Shown here piece by piece: positions 19,495-30,343 of a stretch of DNA of 64,000 nucleotides. The stretch is taken from the NCBI GenBank assembly GCA_963666345.1, contig OY762721.1:2976001-3040000 (forward strand), given 5' to 3'. This stretch comes from Desulfatiglandales bacterium. Its GTDB lineage: Bacteria; Desulfobacterota; DSM-4660; Desulfatiglandales; Desulfatiglandaceae. Position numbers and translations under genes: made by a program. The notes beneath the pieces were generated by a model. The model was not told the DNA's origin. It searched no databases and saw only the letters and a program-made list of their open reading frames with translations. Within the stretch, counting starts at the first letter, position 1; each line of letters opens with the position of its first letter.

Positions 19495-20730
19495 TCAGCC
19501 GGACTCCGGGTAACGACCTCTTATTGAACGAATCACGTCGTAGGCCGACATGAACACTTCTACAAGCTCGGGGTCGAAGTATCGGCCCGATTCTTTCCGG
19601 ATCTCTTTTAAGACCTCTGATTCATCCCAGGCATCCTTGTATGACCTTGACGAAGACAGGGCGTCGTATACATCCGCGAGCGCGACTATTCGTCCGAAGA
19701 GCGGTATTTCTTCTCCTTTTTTTCCTAACGGCTTTCCACCAGGGCCTGTGTGATCCTTCAGCGGCAGGCCTGTATGGATATCTATGTGTCCGGGATAACC
19801 CGATCCGTCCCAATGTTCGTGATGCGAGAGGGCTACCTGTGAGGCCGCCGCGTCCAGTTCCGATTTGTTCCCCGAAAAGAGCCTGGCGCCAAGAATTGTG
19901 TGCTGCTTCATGATCTCGAACTCATCCTTTTCAAAACGGCCCGGCTTTTTCAAAATGAGATCTGAGATGCCTACCTTACCCACATCATGAAGCATCGCCG
20001 CCATGCGGAGGATGTCCCGATTGTTATCGATCGTCCTCTGTGGGATATTTCGGCGGGCGGCCCATCTGTCATAAAGTTCAACTGAAAACGCCCCCACCCT
20101 GTTTACATGATCTCCTGTTTCTTTCGGGTCTCTCAGTTTGGCCATCCTGATCATGCGCAGGATTATAGCACGCGTCATCTGTGCCTTTTCAAGGGCCACG
20201 GAGGCGATGCTGGCAAAGTGCGTCATTATTTCTTTGTCTTCCTCGGAAAATGCCACAACACTGCTATTTGAATTATGTGCGTTTATGATCTGAAGAACCC
20301 CCAGCATGGAGTCATTGCTCGATATCAGAGGAATCGTCAGAACGGATTCAGTCCTGTAGTCCGAGGCTTCATCAAATTCTTTGCTGAATTGATAAGGACT
20401 GGCCGGATCGATTTTGTAGACATTTTCTATGTTGAGGGGACTGCCTGTTGAGGCGACATATCCGGCGATGCTTTTTTTGTCGATCCGTAGCGAAAAGGTC
20501 GAGTAAATAAGCTTTTCGCCAGGTTTCAATCTCTTTTGGAGGGTTTCGTTCTGTGTATAACTGAAATTCAACCTGCTGCCGTTGGCAATATATATGGAGC
20601 CAGCATCCGCATTAACCACCCGACGCGCGTTTGTCAGGATATGTTCCATCAGGATGTCGAGGTCTTTGACTCGACTAAGTTCTAATATCAGTTTATTTAG
20701 AGAATCAAGTTTCTCGGATTCCCTCAGCAT
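19495..20730 (-). CDS. GAF + HD-GYP phosphodiesterase
   Basis: GAF (YRTESVLTIPL), HDVGK, HHEHWDGSGYP, ADVYDAL. Confidence 0.92.
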   Translation of the reverse strand: MLRESEKLDSLNKLILELSRVKDLDILMEHILTNARRVVNADAGSIYIANGSRLNFSYTQNETLQKRLKPGEKLIYSTFSLRIDKKSIAGYVASTGSPLNIENVYKIDPASPYQFSKEFDEASDYRTESVLTIPLISSNDSMLGVLQIINAHNSNSSVVAFSEEDKEIMTHFASIASVALEKAQMTRAIILRMIRMAKLRDPKETGDHVNRVGAFSVELYDRWAARRNIPQRTIDNNRDILRMAAMLHDVGKVGISDLILKKPGRFEKDEFEIMKQHTILGARLFSGNKSELDAAASQVALSHHEHWDGSGYPGHIDIHTGLPLKDHTGPGGKPLGKKGEEIPLFGRIVALADVYDALSSSRSYKDAWDESEVLKEIRKESGRYFDPELVEVFMSAYDVIRSIRGRYPESG

Positions 20731-20974
20731 GGTCGCCCCTTTTTCAGTTTATAGTTTGACTCGGATAACGATCATATGGACAGTCGCAGAAGCTTTCACA
20801 CAATTGGGACGAATTTATCCTCTTAAGATGCCAAGATCAATGATAAAATATAGGACCCGGAGGCCGTTTCAAGCAATATATGCAAAAATAGATCATATGT
20901 CACTTGGTTAAGTTCTGCAAAAATCTTATTCCCGGTGGGGCGGCTACCAGAAAATCCCCTATTCAAATCATTGA

Positions 20975-21859
20975 TCAGAAAAGTTTTGTGTTCCTGATTA
21001 TTTTTGCCGCCTTATTGTCTTTTAACAGTTCAGCTTCCATACCTTCAAGGCCCGATATCCTGCAAAGGTAGAAATAGCCCCCTTTTAGGATTTCATACAC
21101 CATAAGGGGAATATTGGTAATGTGTTGAGTGCCGGCCTTGCCGTAGTAAAAGGAGGGCTCAGGCCTTGAAGAGGTGATGGAGAGCTGGACCGGTTCATTA
21201 TCATCTTTCGGGCTGCACCACCTTGCGGGGGTCAGCGCGAAGATGGCGGCGCATCCTTTAGGTCGGGCAGGATATATCACGCATTTGTCTTTATTGAGAA
21301 AGGGGCATGATATGTTGAGGTCAAGATATCTTTTGACCAGATTCGAGTGATTTTCAGCCACCTTTTCTGAAAATCCGGAAGTAACCATCAGGTTGAATGA
21401 TCCGGATACCTCCCTGAATAAGGATTCCTTCTTTTTTACCATGTTTCTCCAAACCGGATAGCCGAAAAGAAAAGCCTTTAAGGCCGATTCATTCTGATAG
21501 AGATAATAGACAATGGCCTCACACTCCTGAAGGGAGCCTCCAACAAAATGCGAGCAGCAGTAGACACAGCCCTTTGAGCACTGAACGGTCTTGCCGGTTT
21601 TCTCCGCATGCCTTTTCTGGTAACTGGAGATCTCCTTGAACAGGTCGGTTTTATGGTGCAGGTATCTTTTGCAGAAATCCCTTCTTTTTTTCCCTATGTT
21701 TCCCATGAAGGCAAGGCGGCGGGAAAGATCAAAAGGGTCCGCCTTTTTCGCGGTCTGCCCGACTGAGCTGTTAAAACCGACGGTGTTTCCGGCACCGCAG
21801 CAGTGCTTGTATTTTTTTCCACTCCCGCATGGGCATGGAGAATTTCTTCCGATTTTCAT
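20975..21859 (-). CDS. SEC-C motif + YkgJ/CxxCxxCC cysteine-cluster protein
   Basis: [31 protein letters not shown]...[11 protein letters not shown]. Confidence 0.85.
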   Translation of the reverse strand: MKIGRNSPCPCGSGKKYKHCCGAGNTVGFNSSVGQTAKKADPFDLSRRLAFMGNIGKKRRDFCKRYLHHKTDLFKEISSYQKRHAEKTGKTVQCSKGCVYCCSHFVGGSLQECEAIVYYLYQNESALKAFLFGYPVWRNMVKKKESLFREVSGSFNLMVTSGFSEKVAENHSNLVKRYLDLNISCPFLNKDKCVIYPARPKGCAAIFALTPARWCSPKDDNEPVQLSITSSRPEPSFYYGKAGTQHITNIPLMVYEILKGGYFYLCRISGLEGMEAELLKDNKAAKIIRNTKLF

Positions 21860-22046
21860 ATTGTAACCGTTTTTAATGACTTCGTAATACTAAAATCTTG
21901 GATAAATAAGGAAAAAGGCCCGCAAAGACCGGCAGGAGCCTTTTGACTTGATTCATGGCAAATGAAAACGCAGTTGCATGGGGGATCTCAGGGAAACGGT
22001 GTAGGGCGGCAGGTTTGCGTTGAGTCTTGCTGCCTTGTCTCAAAGA

Positions 22047-22454
22047 TTATCGCCGTTTTTTTTCCTCAGTGCCGTGCCTTTCCGCTTTGAGGTCGTCAAG
22101 TATCTCCTTGACGGTCTCATCTTTTTCAATCACATATGTCTTGTCCGTGTCTGAATATGAGACCGCGGGCCTTTTCCTGGGTGAGATCTTCCATGAACTC
22201 ATGTCAGAGTAGATGTTCCAGTCCTCCAGATCAAATTCCAAGTGCTTTACCTGCGGAAGTTCCGCCAGGTCACTCAAAAGGGGTTCAAGGGTGGATGTTG
22301 AAAAATCTCCGTCAGGATCCCTTTTAAGACTGCCGTAAAGGTAGAGGGTTGCACCTGAAAAGGAAAAATGAAGCGTGCTGAGATTAACGGCATGCCTTGT
22401 CAGAACGGCCTTAGCCATCTGATTTACTTCATATCTCAAAAATTGGTTTGACAT
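22047..22454 (-). CDS. Hypothetical protein
   Basis: Clean 135-aa ORF with AAGGTG RBS-like sequence, same strand as neighbours. Confidence 0.65.
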   Translation of the reverse strand: MSNQFLRYEVNQMAKAVLTRHAVNLSTLHFSFSGATLYLYGSLKRDPDGDFSTSTLEPLLSDLAELPQVKHLEFDLEDWNIYSDMSSWKISPRKRPAVSYSDTDKTYVIEKDETVKEILDDLKAERHGTEEKKRR

Positions 22455-22754
22455 GTAACAGACACCTTTATCCTAAAATTTCCGGCTAATATTGCACAGT
22501 AAAATAAAAAAGCCAACCATTTGTTCCCTGATCCGCCATTCGACATGCCCATGGCCCTGAGTTGAACCGACAGGCCGGGTCGCCTTCGATGGTTCAGCCT
22601 CGTTTACATCCGATACCGGGCGACACCTTACCGGTGACCAGTTATTCCAAATCCATTTAACTCCGGACCGTTACCAGAATCACACGGCGGTTCCGGGTCG
22701 TGCCGGCAGGGCGGTTCGCCCTGAAATGCCTTTCCGGTTGGCTGGTATGCAGGG

Positions 22755-24425
22755 TTAATCGGGCCGGATAAGGCAAGGGATCTTTTTAAAATCAGGCCCT
22801 TCCTCTGCCTTGGAGGCAATCAGATTCGCAAGCCAGTTTTCGTTGTCTTCACGGGGAAAATCACTTCTAAAGTGTGAGCCCCTGCTTTCAGTCCTTAGAA
22901 GTGCGCTTCTGCAGACTATTTCAGCGACGGTAAGCATATTTGTTAACTCAAGGAGCCTTATCAGTTCTTTAGGATTTGAGACCCTGGACTCTTTACTGAG
23001 ATCAATTATTTCCCCTATCTCGGCCAAAGCCCTTTCCAGCATTTCACTGTTACGAACGATTCCTGCATTCCGCCATATCAGGGTCCTGAGCCTTTTTCGA
23101 AGAAGGGATATATCCATGCCACTTGGCGAGACAAGGCCCCTGATCCTTTGTTTTTCATCCTCGATCTGGTCCTGTGCCATGTTCGTCGATTTTGTGCCTA
23201 GTGCCTTATGGGCGGCGTTTTTACCGGCGACATACCCGATTGTGAATATCTCGGCAAGTGCGTTTCCACTGAGCCGGTTGGCGCCGTGAACCCCCGCGCA
23301 GACCTCACCGGCGGCAAAAAGCCCCGAGACCTTGGTTTCCGCGTTAGTTTCGATAACAACCCCTCCCATGCAGAAATGGGTCGTAGGAGACACGGGAAAA
23401 GACCTGATCCCCTTTGCGAATGAACCGGGAAGCAGCGAGTGAAATTGATCCGCCCTGTCTTCCGGCATGCTGCTCAGGTCCATTATCACCGAACCGTTCA
23501 CATCAAGCCCTTCTATTATCTCCTGCATGATGGCCTGTGCCATGCGGTCTCTGGTAGCCAGCTTTGAGTCGTTAAGGCCATGTTTTTCAAGGATATTTTC
23601 TCCCAAGGAATTTTTGAGGGTTGCGCCTCCATGAAACAGAAATGATTCATAGAGGAGTATCCTGCTGCCTGATTTTCCCGTTGCCGTCGGATAGAACTGG
23701 ACAAATTCCATATCCATGAGGGGAAGCCCCAGTTCATATGCGAGCGCCTGCCCGTCCCCTGTTATTCCCGCTGCATTATTTGTGTGAAGGAATATATTGG
23801 AATATCCGCCGGTAGCCAGGACAACGCATGCGGCTTTAAACAGGTGTATCTTTCCATCCCTTGAAATTCCTGCAGCGCCGGTTACAATATTCTCCGAGGT
23901 AAAGATCCTGGTGACAAACACCCTGTTTGTAAACCTTACTCCCGATCGCTCGGCATGTTGTTTAAGAGGGATCGCGAGATCGCTGCCTGTCCAGTTTATT
24001 CCTGAAACATGCCTAGGGTAGGTGTGCCCCGGCACATGCCTGACCCTTGGCTTCCCGTCCTGCTCAGCCAGGGAGACTCCACATTTTCTTAGAAATGAAA
24101 TCTGCCTGCCCGCCTCCCTGGTCATAATGGATAAGAGGCCGCGGTCGTTTAAAAAGCAGCCTCCTTTCAGGGTATCCTCCATATGGACCTCATGGTTGTC
24201 CTCTTTGGCCCCCCATCCGGAGGCGGCAATATTTGATTTGGATATAAAGGTGTTGTTTCCGTATCCTGCATTTGTCTTTGATACGACCATTACATCCGCA
24301 CCCCGTTGCCTTGCCTCTATGGCGGCCCTAAGCCCTGCCCCCCCGCCTCCCACAATGAGGACATCACAACAGTGCTGTTCTGTTTCTTCAAGATGGTTCA
24401 TAAGTGCCGCCTTTCCTTTTAGCAA
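22755..24425 (-). CDS. Second FAD-dependent oxidoreductase, SdhA/FrdA/NadB superfamily
   Basis: DVLIVGGGGAG, DMEFVQFYPT, THFCMGG, GVHGANRLSG, ESRGSHFRSD; start may be the Met 8 codons in. Confidence 0.9.
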   Translation of the reverse strand: MLKGKAALMNHLEETEQHCCDVLIVGGGGAGLRAAIEARQRGADVMVVSKTNAGYGNNTFISKSNIAASGWGAKEDNHEVHMEDTLKGGCFLNDRGLLSIMTREAGRQISFLRKCGVSLAEQDGKPRVRHVPGHTYPRHVSGINWTGSDLAIPLKQHAERSGVRFTNRVFVTRIFTSENIVTGAAGISRDGKIHLFKAACVVLATGGYSNIFLHTNNAAGITGDGQALAYELGLPLMDMEFVQFYPTATGKSGSRILLYESFLFHGGATLKNSLGENILEKHGLNDSKLATRDRMAQAIMQEIIEGLDVNGSVIMDLSSMPEDRADQFHSLLPGSFAKGIRSFPVSPTTHFCMGGVVIETNAETKVSGLFAAGEVCAGVHGANRLSGNALAEIFTIGYVAGKNAAHKALGTKSTNMAQDQIEDEKQRIRGLVSPSGMDISLLRKRLRTLIWRNAGIVRNSEMLERALAEIGEIIDLSKESRVSNPKELIRLLELTNMLTVAEIVCRSALLRTESRGSHFRSDFPREDNENWLANLIASKAEEGPDFKKIPCLIRPD

Positions 24426-24580
24426 TGATCATCATTGAGGTGAGAAGGAACTCCTTTTTTGATTGATGAAAACATGGCCTGCCCGGGATACCTTCGAACA
24501 TAACAGAATAATAGGTTTTGGCATGTTGCTTTTGATGCGATTCGGAAAGAATCAGGGTGGAATGTCCATCCTCAGGATAT

Positions 24581-25750
24581 TTATGCGCTGTATCTTCTGA
24601 AGAATTCGCAGGTCACTTTTGTTGAAACTGCGATGGAGGTAATTACGTTTTCAAGGATATTCCTCATTGTTACCGAAAGATTATCATGCTCCTTTTGGAA
24701 TTTTGTTATATCCATCTTTGTTACTTCCATATCCCTGGACGCAAATACGGAAGCGGAATGAGGTTCCTGTGCAGGCGAAAGGAAGGGGAGGTATCCGAAA
24801 AAATCGCCTTTACTCAAATCCGCCAACAATACATCTCCGATATCCGTCTTCCTTATAATTGATGCCCTTCCATTGTTTATAAAAAAGGCGTCCTTCAGTT
24901 TGCCTCCCTGCCTTGCAAAAGGTCTTTTATCTGCGATCGCTTCTTTGATCGTGCCTTTTCTCAGATATGTGTCAACCGCCTTGTTGGATGTTTCCCTCAG
25001 CCTTTTGTCGAGACTGATCAGCAGATTCCTGAATTCGATAGAGAGATGGGAAAATTCCCCCGACAGGCGTTGGGAATCCAGTATCCCCAGCTGAACCCTG
25101 CCCACTGCCACCGCAGTCGCGCTGCGTATGTTCGTCGGAAACAGAAGAGATGCCATACTGCCGATAAAGGAGCCCTCGCCGATTCTTACAAGGGTCAATG
25201 GGCCTCGGCCGGTATCTTTCACTATGTCAACCGCTCCCTTTATTATGACCCATATCCAGTTTCCGAACTGACTTTCCTTAACTATGTTGTGACCATGAAC
25301 AAAAGATTCCATGTCCACGACATGTCCATAGTCGATAAGAGGACCTTTGATAAAAGGAATGCCTTTTGCAGCCGGTGATGTACCGGAGTAAATCTCATCA
25401 AAAGTGATTCCTCCAACCTTTTTGACGGTACCTTCATCAAGCATTCTGAGACCGTCCAGAATCAGCTCCATCTGGTTGGCGTGAATTGTGCGCCTTTTTT
25501 TATGTGCCTGCTGAGTGAAGTTGAATTCGCCTTCGGTCCAGCCGAAAAGCGGATAAACCGCGTCCGCCCCGGTAATGTTTCCCAAATCGGCAGAAACGAT
25601 ATGACCTTTTTCAAAATAGATGTCGCCGGGCGGCCCGGAGTATTTGCTTTTGAGGCGAAGCACGCCTGATGCACCGCTTGAACCGAGGAGCTGTATTATC
25701 TCCGGCAATCCAAGAAAAGCCAGGTTTCCTGCCAGATTAGCCTTGGACAT
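24581..25750 (-). CDS. DUF4388 (PatA-N-like) + cyclic-nucleotide-binding domain protein
   Basis: LAGNLAFLGLPEIIQLL...WTEGEFNF...GLRMLDE, then two cNMP-like repeats (IGEGSFIG...RSATA; GDFFG). Confidence 0.8.
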   Translation of the reverse strand: MSKANLAGNLAFLGLPEIIQLLGSSGASGVLRLKSKYSGPPGDIYFEKGHIVSADLGNITGADAVYPLFGWTEGEFNFTQQAHKKRRTIHANQMELILDGLRMLDEGTVKKVGGITFDEIYSGTSPAAKGIPFIKGPLIDYGHVVDMESFVHGHNIVKESQFGNWIWVIIKGAVDIVKDTGRGPLTLVRIGEGSFIGSMASLLFPTNIRSATAVAVGRVQLGILDSQRLSGEFSHLSIEFRNLLISLDKRLRETSNKAVDTYLRKGTIKEAIADKRPFARQGGKLKDAFFINNGRASIIRKTDIGDVLLADLSKGDFFGYLPFLSPAQEPHSASVFASRDMEVTKMDITKFQKEHDNLSVTMRNILENVITSIAVSTKVTCEFFRRYSA

Positions 25751-26007
25751 ATCTATTAAAATCCTCCTCTTCCCTTTTGGTGATCATGGACAGCCGGTAA
25801 ACACCCTTCTATTTTATTGCAACATGAGGAGTGTGGCAATAGCTTTTGTATGTAGGCCTCTGATTTATACCGGGTTCTATTCGATTGAATTATAAATAGG
25901 GGCCTTTGAGCATCTTTTTGATTGAACCCAAGCCGGTCGTGGTCTATAGATGGCTTATAGAAATGAGGAATCTTATATCTTGAGGCGGTTATTCCAGGAT
26001 TGAATCG

Positions 26008-26048
26008 AAAAAAAGAGCAGGCAAATGAATAGGCTGCCTGCTCTTTTT
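26008..26048 (-). terminator. Intrinsic terminator after the tRNA pair
   Basis: AAAAAGAGCAGGCA...TGCCTGCTCTTTTT hairpin. Confidence 0.8.
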
Positions 26049-26060
26049 GTTGCGATATCA

Positions 26061-26136
<76 letters not shown>

Positions 26137-26147
26137 AAGTGAGCATA

Positions 26148-26224
26148 TGGCGCGCCCGGCAGGATTCGAACCTGCGGCCTACGGGTTCGAAGCCCGGCGC
26201 TCTATCCAGCTGAGCTACGGGCGC
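26148..26224 (-). tRNA. tRNA-Arg(TCG)
   Basis: GCGCCCGTAGCTCAGCTGGATAGAGCGCCGGGCT-TCG-AACCCGTAGGCCGCAGGTTCGAATCCTGCCGGGCGCGCCA. Confidence 0.95.
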
Positions 26225-26353
26225 CACTTGAGACAAAAATCACTAACAGGATTGATTCCCTTTGTCAATACTATTTTTTTAGAAATAGCTTGACATATCG
26301 TGATATTTTTCTTAAAAGATACTTTTTGATTTTTGAGAGACAGGATAAAAATT

Positions 26354-26782
26354 ATGAAGACATATGTAGCGAAGGAACAGGAAATCACCAAAGGCTGGCA
26401 GCTGGTTGATGCCAAAGACAAGGTACTCGGAAGAATCGCCACCCAGATTGCAATGAGGCTAAGGGGGAAGCATAAGCCTATATTCACCCCCCATGCTGAT
26501 ACAGGTGATTTCGTCATAGTTGTAAATGCCGATAAGATTGTTCTGACAGGTAAAAAGTGGACCGACAAGCTCTATTACCGTCATAGTGGATACATCGGCG
26601 GGCTCAAGCAGACCTCGGCAAAAGAGATGCTTGAGAAAAAACCTGAGGAAATCCTGCGCCTTGCGGTAAGGGGAATGTTACCCAAAAACAGTCTTGGTCG
26701 CCGACAGCTCAAGAAATTAAAGATATATACGGGTCCGGAACATCCTCACGAGGCGCAGCAACCAAAAAAATTGGAGATATAA
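26354..26782 (+). CDS. rplM: 50S ribosomal protein L13
   Basis: MKTY...[17 protein letters not shown]...HPHEAQQP. Confidence 0.98.
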   Translation: MKTYVAKEQEITKGWQLVDAKDKVLGRIATQIAMRLRGKHKPIFTPHADTGDFVIVVNADKIVLTGKKWTDKLYYRHSGYIGGLKQTSAKEMLEKKPEEILRLAVRGMLPKNSLGRRQLKKLKIYTGPEHPHEAQQPKKLEI

Positions 26783-27175
26783 ATGGCAGGAGAAATTTTA
26801 TACGCCACCGGCAAAAGAAAAACATCTGTGGCCAGGGTCTGGATGAGGCCTGGTAAAGGTGAAGTCAAGATTAATAAACGCCCGCTTGAAAAATACCTGG
26901 TAAGAGAATCCGAGAGGATGCTTATCATGGAACCCCTTAGGCTTACCGAGATGATGGACAACTTTGACATTTACGTAAATGTGAGAGGCGGCGGTATTTC
27001 CGGACAGGCTGGGGCCATCAGGCATGGCATAAGCAAGGCCCTCTTGATCAAGGATCCTGAAACAAGAAAAATCCTCAAGAAGGCAGGGTTTATTACCAGG
27101 GATTCCAGGATGAAAGAAAGAAAGAAATACGGGCAGCCGGGTGCCAGGGCAAAGTACCAGTATTCGAAACGATAA
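26783..27175 (+). CDS. rpsI: 30S ribosomal protein S9
   Basis: [32 protein letters not shown]. Confidence 0.98.
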   Translation: MAGEILYATGKRKTSVARVWMRPGKGEVKINKRPLEKYLVRESERMLIMEPLRLTEMMDNFDIYVNVRGGGISGQAGAIRHGISKALLIKDPETRKILKKAGFITRDSRMKERKKYGQPGARAKYQYSKR

Positions 27176-27204
27176 TTGACCGTATCGTTGAAATAGAGCT
27201 AATC

Positions 27205-27236
27205 AAAGGGGGGCCTTGTACCGGCCCCCTTTTTTT
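27205..27236 (+). terminator. Intrinsic terminator of rplM-rpsI
   Basis: AAAGGGGGGCC...GGCCCCCTTTTTTT. Confidence 0.8.
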
Positions 27237-27357
27237 ATGGTCTTTGCCTGAATGTCCCGCATGTCAGCGCAGAGGGATTAAATGCAAGGTGAACCGCGTC
27301 TAAGCCCTTAAGGGCTTAGACGGATCAGGCCGCAGATTTCCGCGCACGGATTCATGG

Positions 27358-28110
27358 GTGAATGGGGTGAAAGACAGAAATATCAGGCTTACAGTTGCAT
27401 ATGACGGGAGCCGTTACCATGGCTGGCAAAGGCAGGATAACGGCATTACGATCCAGGAAGTTATGGAGAAAAAGATTTCTCTTATGGCGGATGAACCTGT
27501 CGCCCTTATCGCCTCCGGTCGCACTGATGCGGGCGTTCATGCCCTGGCCCAGGTATGCAATTTCAGGACCGGGGCCGAGCTTTCAGCCAATGTGTTCAGA
27601 AGCGGCCTTAATTCCCTTCTACCTGATGATATTTTCGTGAAAGAAGCGCGTGACATGCCTTTGGAGTTTCACTCCAGGTACAGTGCAAAGAAAAAGACCT
27701 ATGAATACAGGATCCTGAATCTTGAAGAAAGGGACATATTCAGGCGTCTTTATTCATGGCATATCAGAACTCCCCTGGACACCGATAATATGGGAAAATG
27801 TCTTGACATGTTGAAAGGTAAGCTTGATTTTTCCTCATTTCGATCAACGGGAAGTGAAAACAGGGATCCTGTAAGGAACCTTTCAAGGGCTCAAATATCA
27901 GGACCTGGAGGGGGTATGATCCGCATTGTTATCGAGGCTGACGGCTTTTTGAGACACATGGTGAGAAATATCGTTGGAACGGTTGTCGACGCGGGGCTGG
28001 GGAAGATCTCCGTCGAAACCTTCAAATCGATTCTTGAGGCAAGGGATCGCTCAAGTGCCGGAATCAAGGCTCCGCCGCAGGGGCTTTTCCTTGTGGAGGT
28101 GAATTACTAG
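27358..28110 (+). CDS. truA: tRNA pseudouridine(38-40) synthase
   Basis: YDGSRYHGWQRQ, SGRTDAGVHA, GFLRHMVRNIVG. Confidence 0.97.
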   Translation: MNGVKDRNIRLTVAYDGSRYHGWQRQDNGITIQEVMEKKISLMADEPVALIASGRTDAGVHALAQVCNFRTGAELSANVFRSGLNSLLPDDIFVKEARDMPLEFHSRYSAKKKTYEYRILNLEERDIFRRLYSWHIRTPLDTDNMGKCLDMLKGKLDFSSFRSTGSENRDPVRNLSRAQISGPGGGMIRIVIEADGFLRHMVRNIVGTVVDAGLGKISVETFKSILEARDRSSAGIKAPPQGLFLVEVNY

Positions 28111-28268
28111 TCCTTGTCCGGGATATCTTCTCCAACAGATGAATTGACGGTTTTATAGACCTTGTCCCAGACTTCACTGAAGGAATTCACACTCAACCTT
28201 CCCATTTCTATGAATTTTACCACTATCTCTTTTGTGGCCTTTATTACAAGCTCATCTTTGCTCTTCAT
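28107..28268 (-). CDS. Small hypothetical protein
   Basis: MKSKDELVIKATKEIVVKFIEMGRLS..., GGGGAG RBS. Confidence 0.7.
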   Translation of the reverse strand: MKSKDELVIKATKEIVVKFIEMGRLSVNSFSEVWDKVYKTVNSSVGEDIPDKD

Positions 28269-28497
28269 GCGATCTCCCCAGATAATTCCCATTAAAAGAT
28301 AAACAGTTATGGATGGGCACCAGATATAGAACACCGGCTGTTTTATCAAAAAAAACTTTGATTGGCGGCAGCCGTTTAAATATATATTTAAACCCCCGTC
28401 AGACGGAAGAAGGCCGCAACCGGATCCGGCGGGGGTTAATTAAGAAGAACCTTTCAAGCCCCCCTTAACCTAAAACTATCAGAGCCGTCTGAAAAAA

Positions 28498-29514
28498 TCA
28501 ATTCCACCATATTCCAGGTATACTTGATCCGCACCTTGGACATCTTCCGTCATTTACCATCATAGCCTTCACGTCGAAACCGTAACGGTCTATCAAAAGC
28601 TCGCCGCAGCTGTGACAGAATGTCCTCTCCCCCTCGTCACCCGGGATATTTCCCGTGTATACGTATTTAAGTCCTGATTCAAGGCCTATCTCTCTGGCCC
28701 CTTGAAGGCTTTTTGAGGGAGTGGGTGATCTGTCGGTGAGCCTGTAGTCGGGATGGAACCGGCTTATGTGCCAGGGGATATCCGGATCGAGTCCCGCAAG
28801 GAACCGGGCGATAAGCCTTATTTCTTCCTCAGAGTCATTTAGCCCCGGTATGAGAAGGGTGGTAACCTCAAGCCACACCCCCTGTCTTTTCATTTTTTCG
28901 ATGGTCCTTAGAACCGGGTCCAGTCTTGCCCCGCACTGTCGCCTGTAAAAGCCGTCATTGAACGATTTGAGATCAATGTTTGCAGCGTGAAGATCCGGAT
29001 GGATAAAATCCAGAGACTCTTCGGTCATGTATCCGTTTGAGACAAAAACATTCCTGATTCCCTTTGATGCCGCCACGCGCGCCGTGTCGGATGCCAGTTC
29101 GAAGTATATGGTCGGTTCCGTATAGGTATAGGAAATGGTGGCGCAACCGGTGGCAAGAGCGTCCTTGACGATTTGCTCGGGTGCTATGCTTTGACCCGTT
29201 ATAATTCTTCTGTCATTCGGCATCTGAGAGATATCTGAATTTTGACAGAAAAGACATCTGAAATTACATCCTACGGTTGCGATGGAATAGGAAAGAGTGC
29301 CGGGCAAAAAATGGAACAGCGGCTTTTTCTCTATCGGGTCGCAATGCCTTGCGATCACCTTGTCATAAACGAGGCTGAAAAGGGTTCCTTCCCTGTTTTC
29401 TCTTACCCCGCATATGCCTTTTGCGCCTTGTTTTATGATACACCTGTGATTGCAGAGGTTGCATCCGACCTTTTCATTTTCAAGTTTTTCATAAAGATAT
29501 GCCTCTTTATTCAC
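28498..29514 (-). CDS. amrS: AmmeMemoRadiSam system radical SAM enzyme
   Basis: CNLCNHRC...CGVR, DPIEKKPLFHF, CNFRCLFCQN, YTYTEP, YVYTGN. Confidence 0.93.
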   Translation of the reverse strand: MNKEAYLYEKLENEKVGCNLCNHRCIIKQGAKGICGVRENREGTLFSLVYDKVIARHCDPIEKKPLFHFLPGTLSYSIATVGCNFRCLFCQNSDISQMPNDRRIITGQSIAPEQIVKDALATGCATISYTYTEPTIYFELASDTARVAASKGIRNVFVSNGYMTEESLDFIHPDLHAANIDLKSFNDGFYRRQCGARLDPVLRTIEKMKRQGVWLEVTTLLIPGLNDSEEEIRLIARFLAGLDPDIPWHISRFHPDYRLTDRSPTPSKSLQGAREIGLESGLKYVYTGNIPGDEGERTFCHSCGELLIDRYGFDVKAMMVNDGRCPRCGSSIPGIWWN

Positions 29515-30343
29515 CGCTGACTCCTCTGTTGGCGTTAATGTCCCCGATAGTGCTTGAACCGACCAGCGGCGGGGCCGCCTTTTTCAGACGCACCCGTAGC
29601 GGCAGGTTGTCGGTCTTTAATCTGTAGAGCATTCTTGCAGATATCGCGACAAATGAACCGAATGGAGAGCGCCTGCAAAGAGAAGAAACACCTTTGTCCG
29701 ATCCGAGACCCTTGATAAATGACGGCTGACATTGAACCGTGAGCCAGGAAACGGGCACATCTCCATAGGCCTGGAGGATGAATGATTTTAATTGAAAGAG
29801 ATTGTAGAATTTGGCGTTTTTGAAAAGAGGATTTCCCAACAGACCCTGAATCCTGTTACCAATCCCGTTCCATGACAGAGCGTTTATGGCCCCTATGAAG
29901 ATGCTTTTGGAAGAAACGCGTCCTGCCTCCATCAATGCCTGAATCGGATCATTCAGGAATTCGAGGGTATTGATCATAACCGCATAATCGAACTCATTGT
30001 CATCAAAGGGAAGATCCTCCGCCCATCCCATCTTGAGGGTAAATCTTTTGTCCAGCCTTTCTCTGGCCTTCTTCAGCATATGGGAGGAGGCGTCAAGGCC
30101 GGTTGGTTCCATGCCCATTTTCTTTAGTAAAAGCATGTGTTTGCCGGTTCCGCAGCCTATATCGAGGATCCTCTCACCTCTCCTTGGTTCAAGAATTGTT
30201 CGAATCAGATGCTCGATTGAGTTGTCTACGGCCTGTCCCTGATTGGAATTACACCAGGAATCGTATGATAGTTCCGTGTCGTTTTGAAAGACTGTTCCCA
30301 TTTTCCAAGACCTGATGAAGTGATATAGGGACCTGATAAACAA
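29507..30343 (-). CDS. Class I SAM-dependent methyltransferase
   Basis: ILDIGCGTG, AEDLPFDDNEFD; start uncertain. Confidence 0.85.
   Translation of the reverse strand: MFIRSLYHFIRSWKMGTVFQNDTELSYDSWCNSNQGQAVDNSIEHLIRTILEPRRGERILDIGCGTGKHMLLLKKMGMEPTGLDASSHMLKKARERLDKRFTLKMGWAEDLPFDDNEFDYAVMINTLEFLNDPIQALMEAGRVSSKSIFIGAINALSWNGIGNRIQGLLGNPLFKNAKFYNLFQLKSFILQAYGDVPVSWLTVQCQPSFIKGLGSDKGVSSLCRRSPFGSFVAISARMLYRLKTDNLPLRVRLKKAAPPLVGSSTIGDINANRGVSGE

Noticed and set aside
22530..22750. GC-rich structured leader, possible c-di-GMP riboswitch
   Set aside because: Could not match the GEMM or any other riboswitch consensus by eye; needs an Infernal/Rfam scan.
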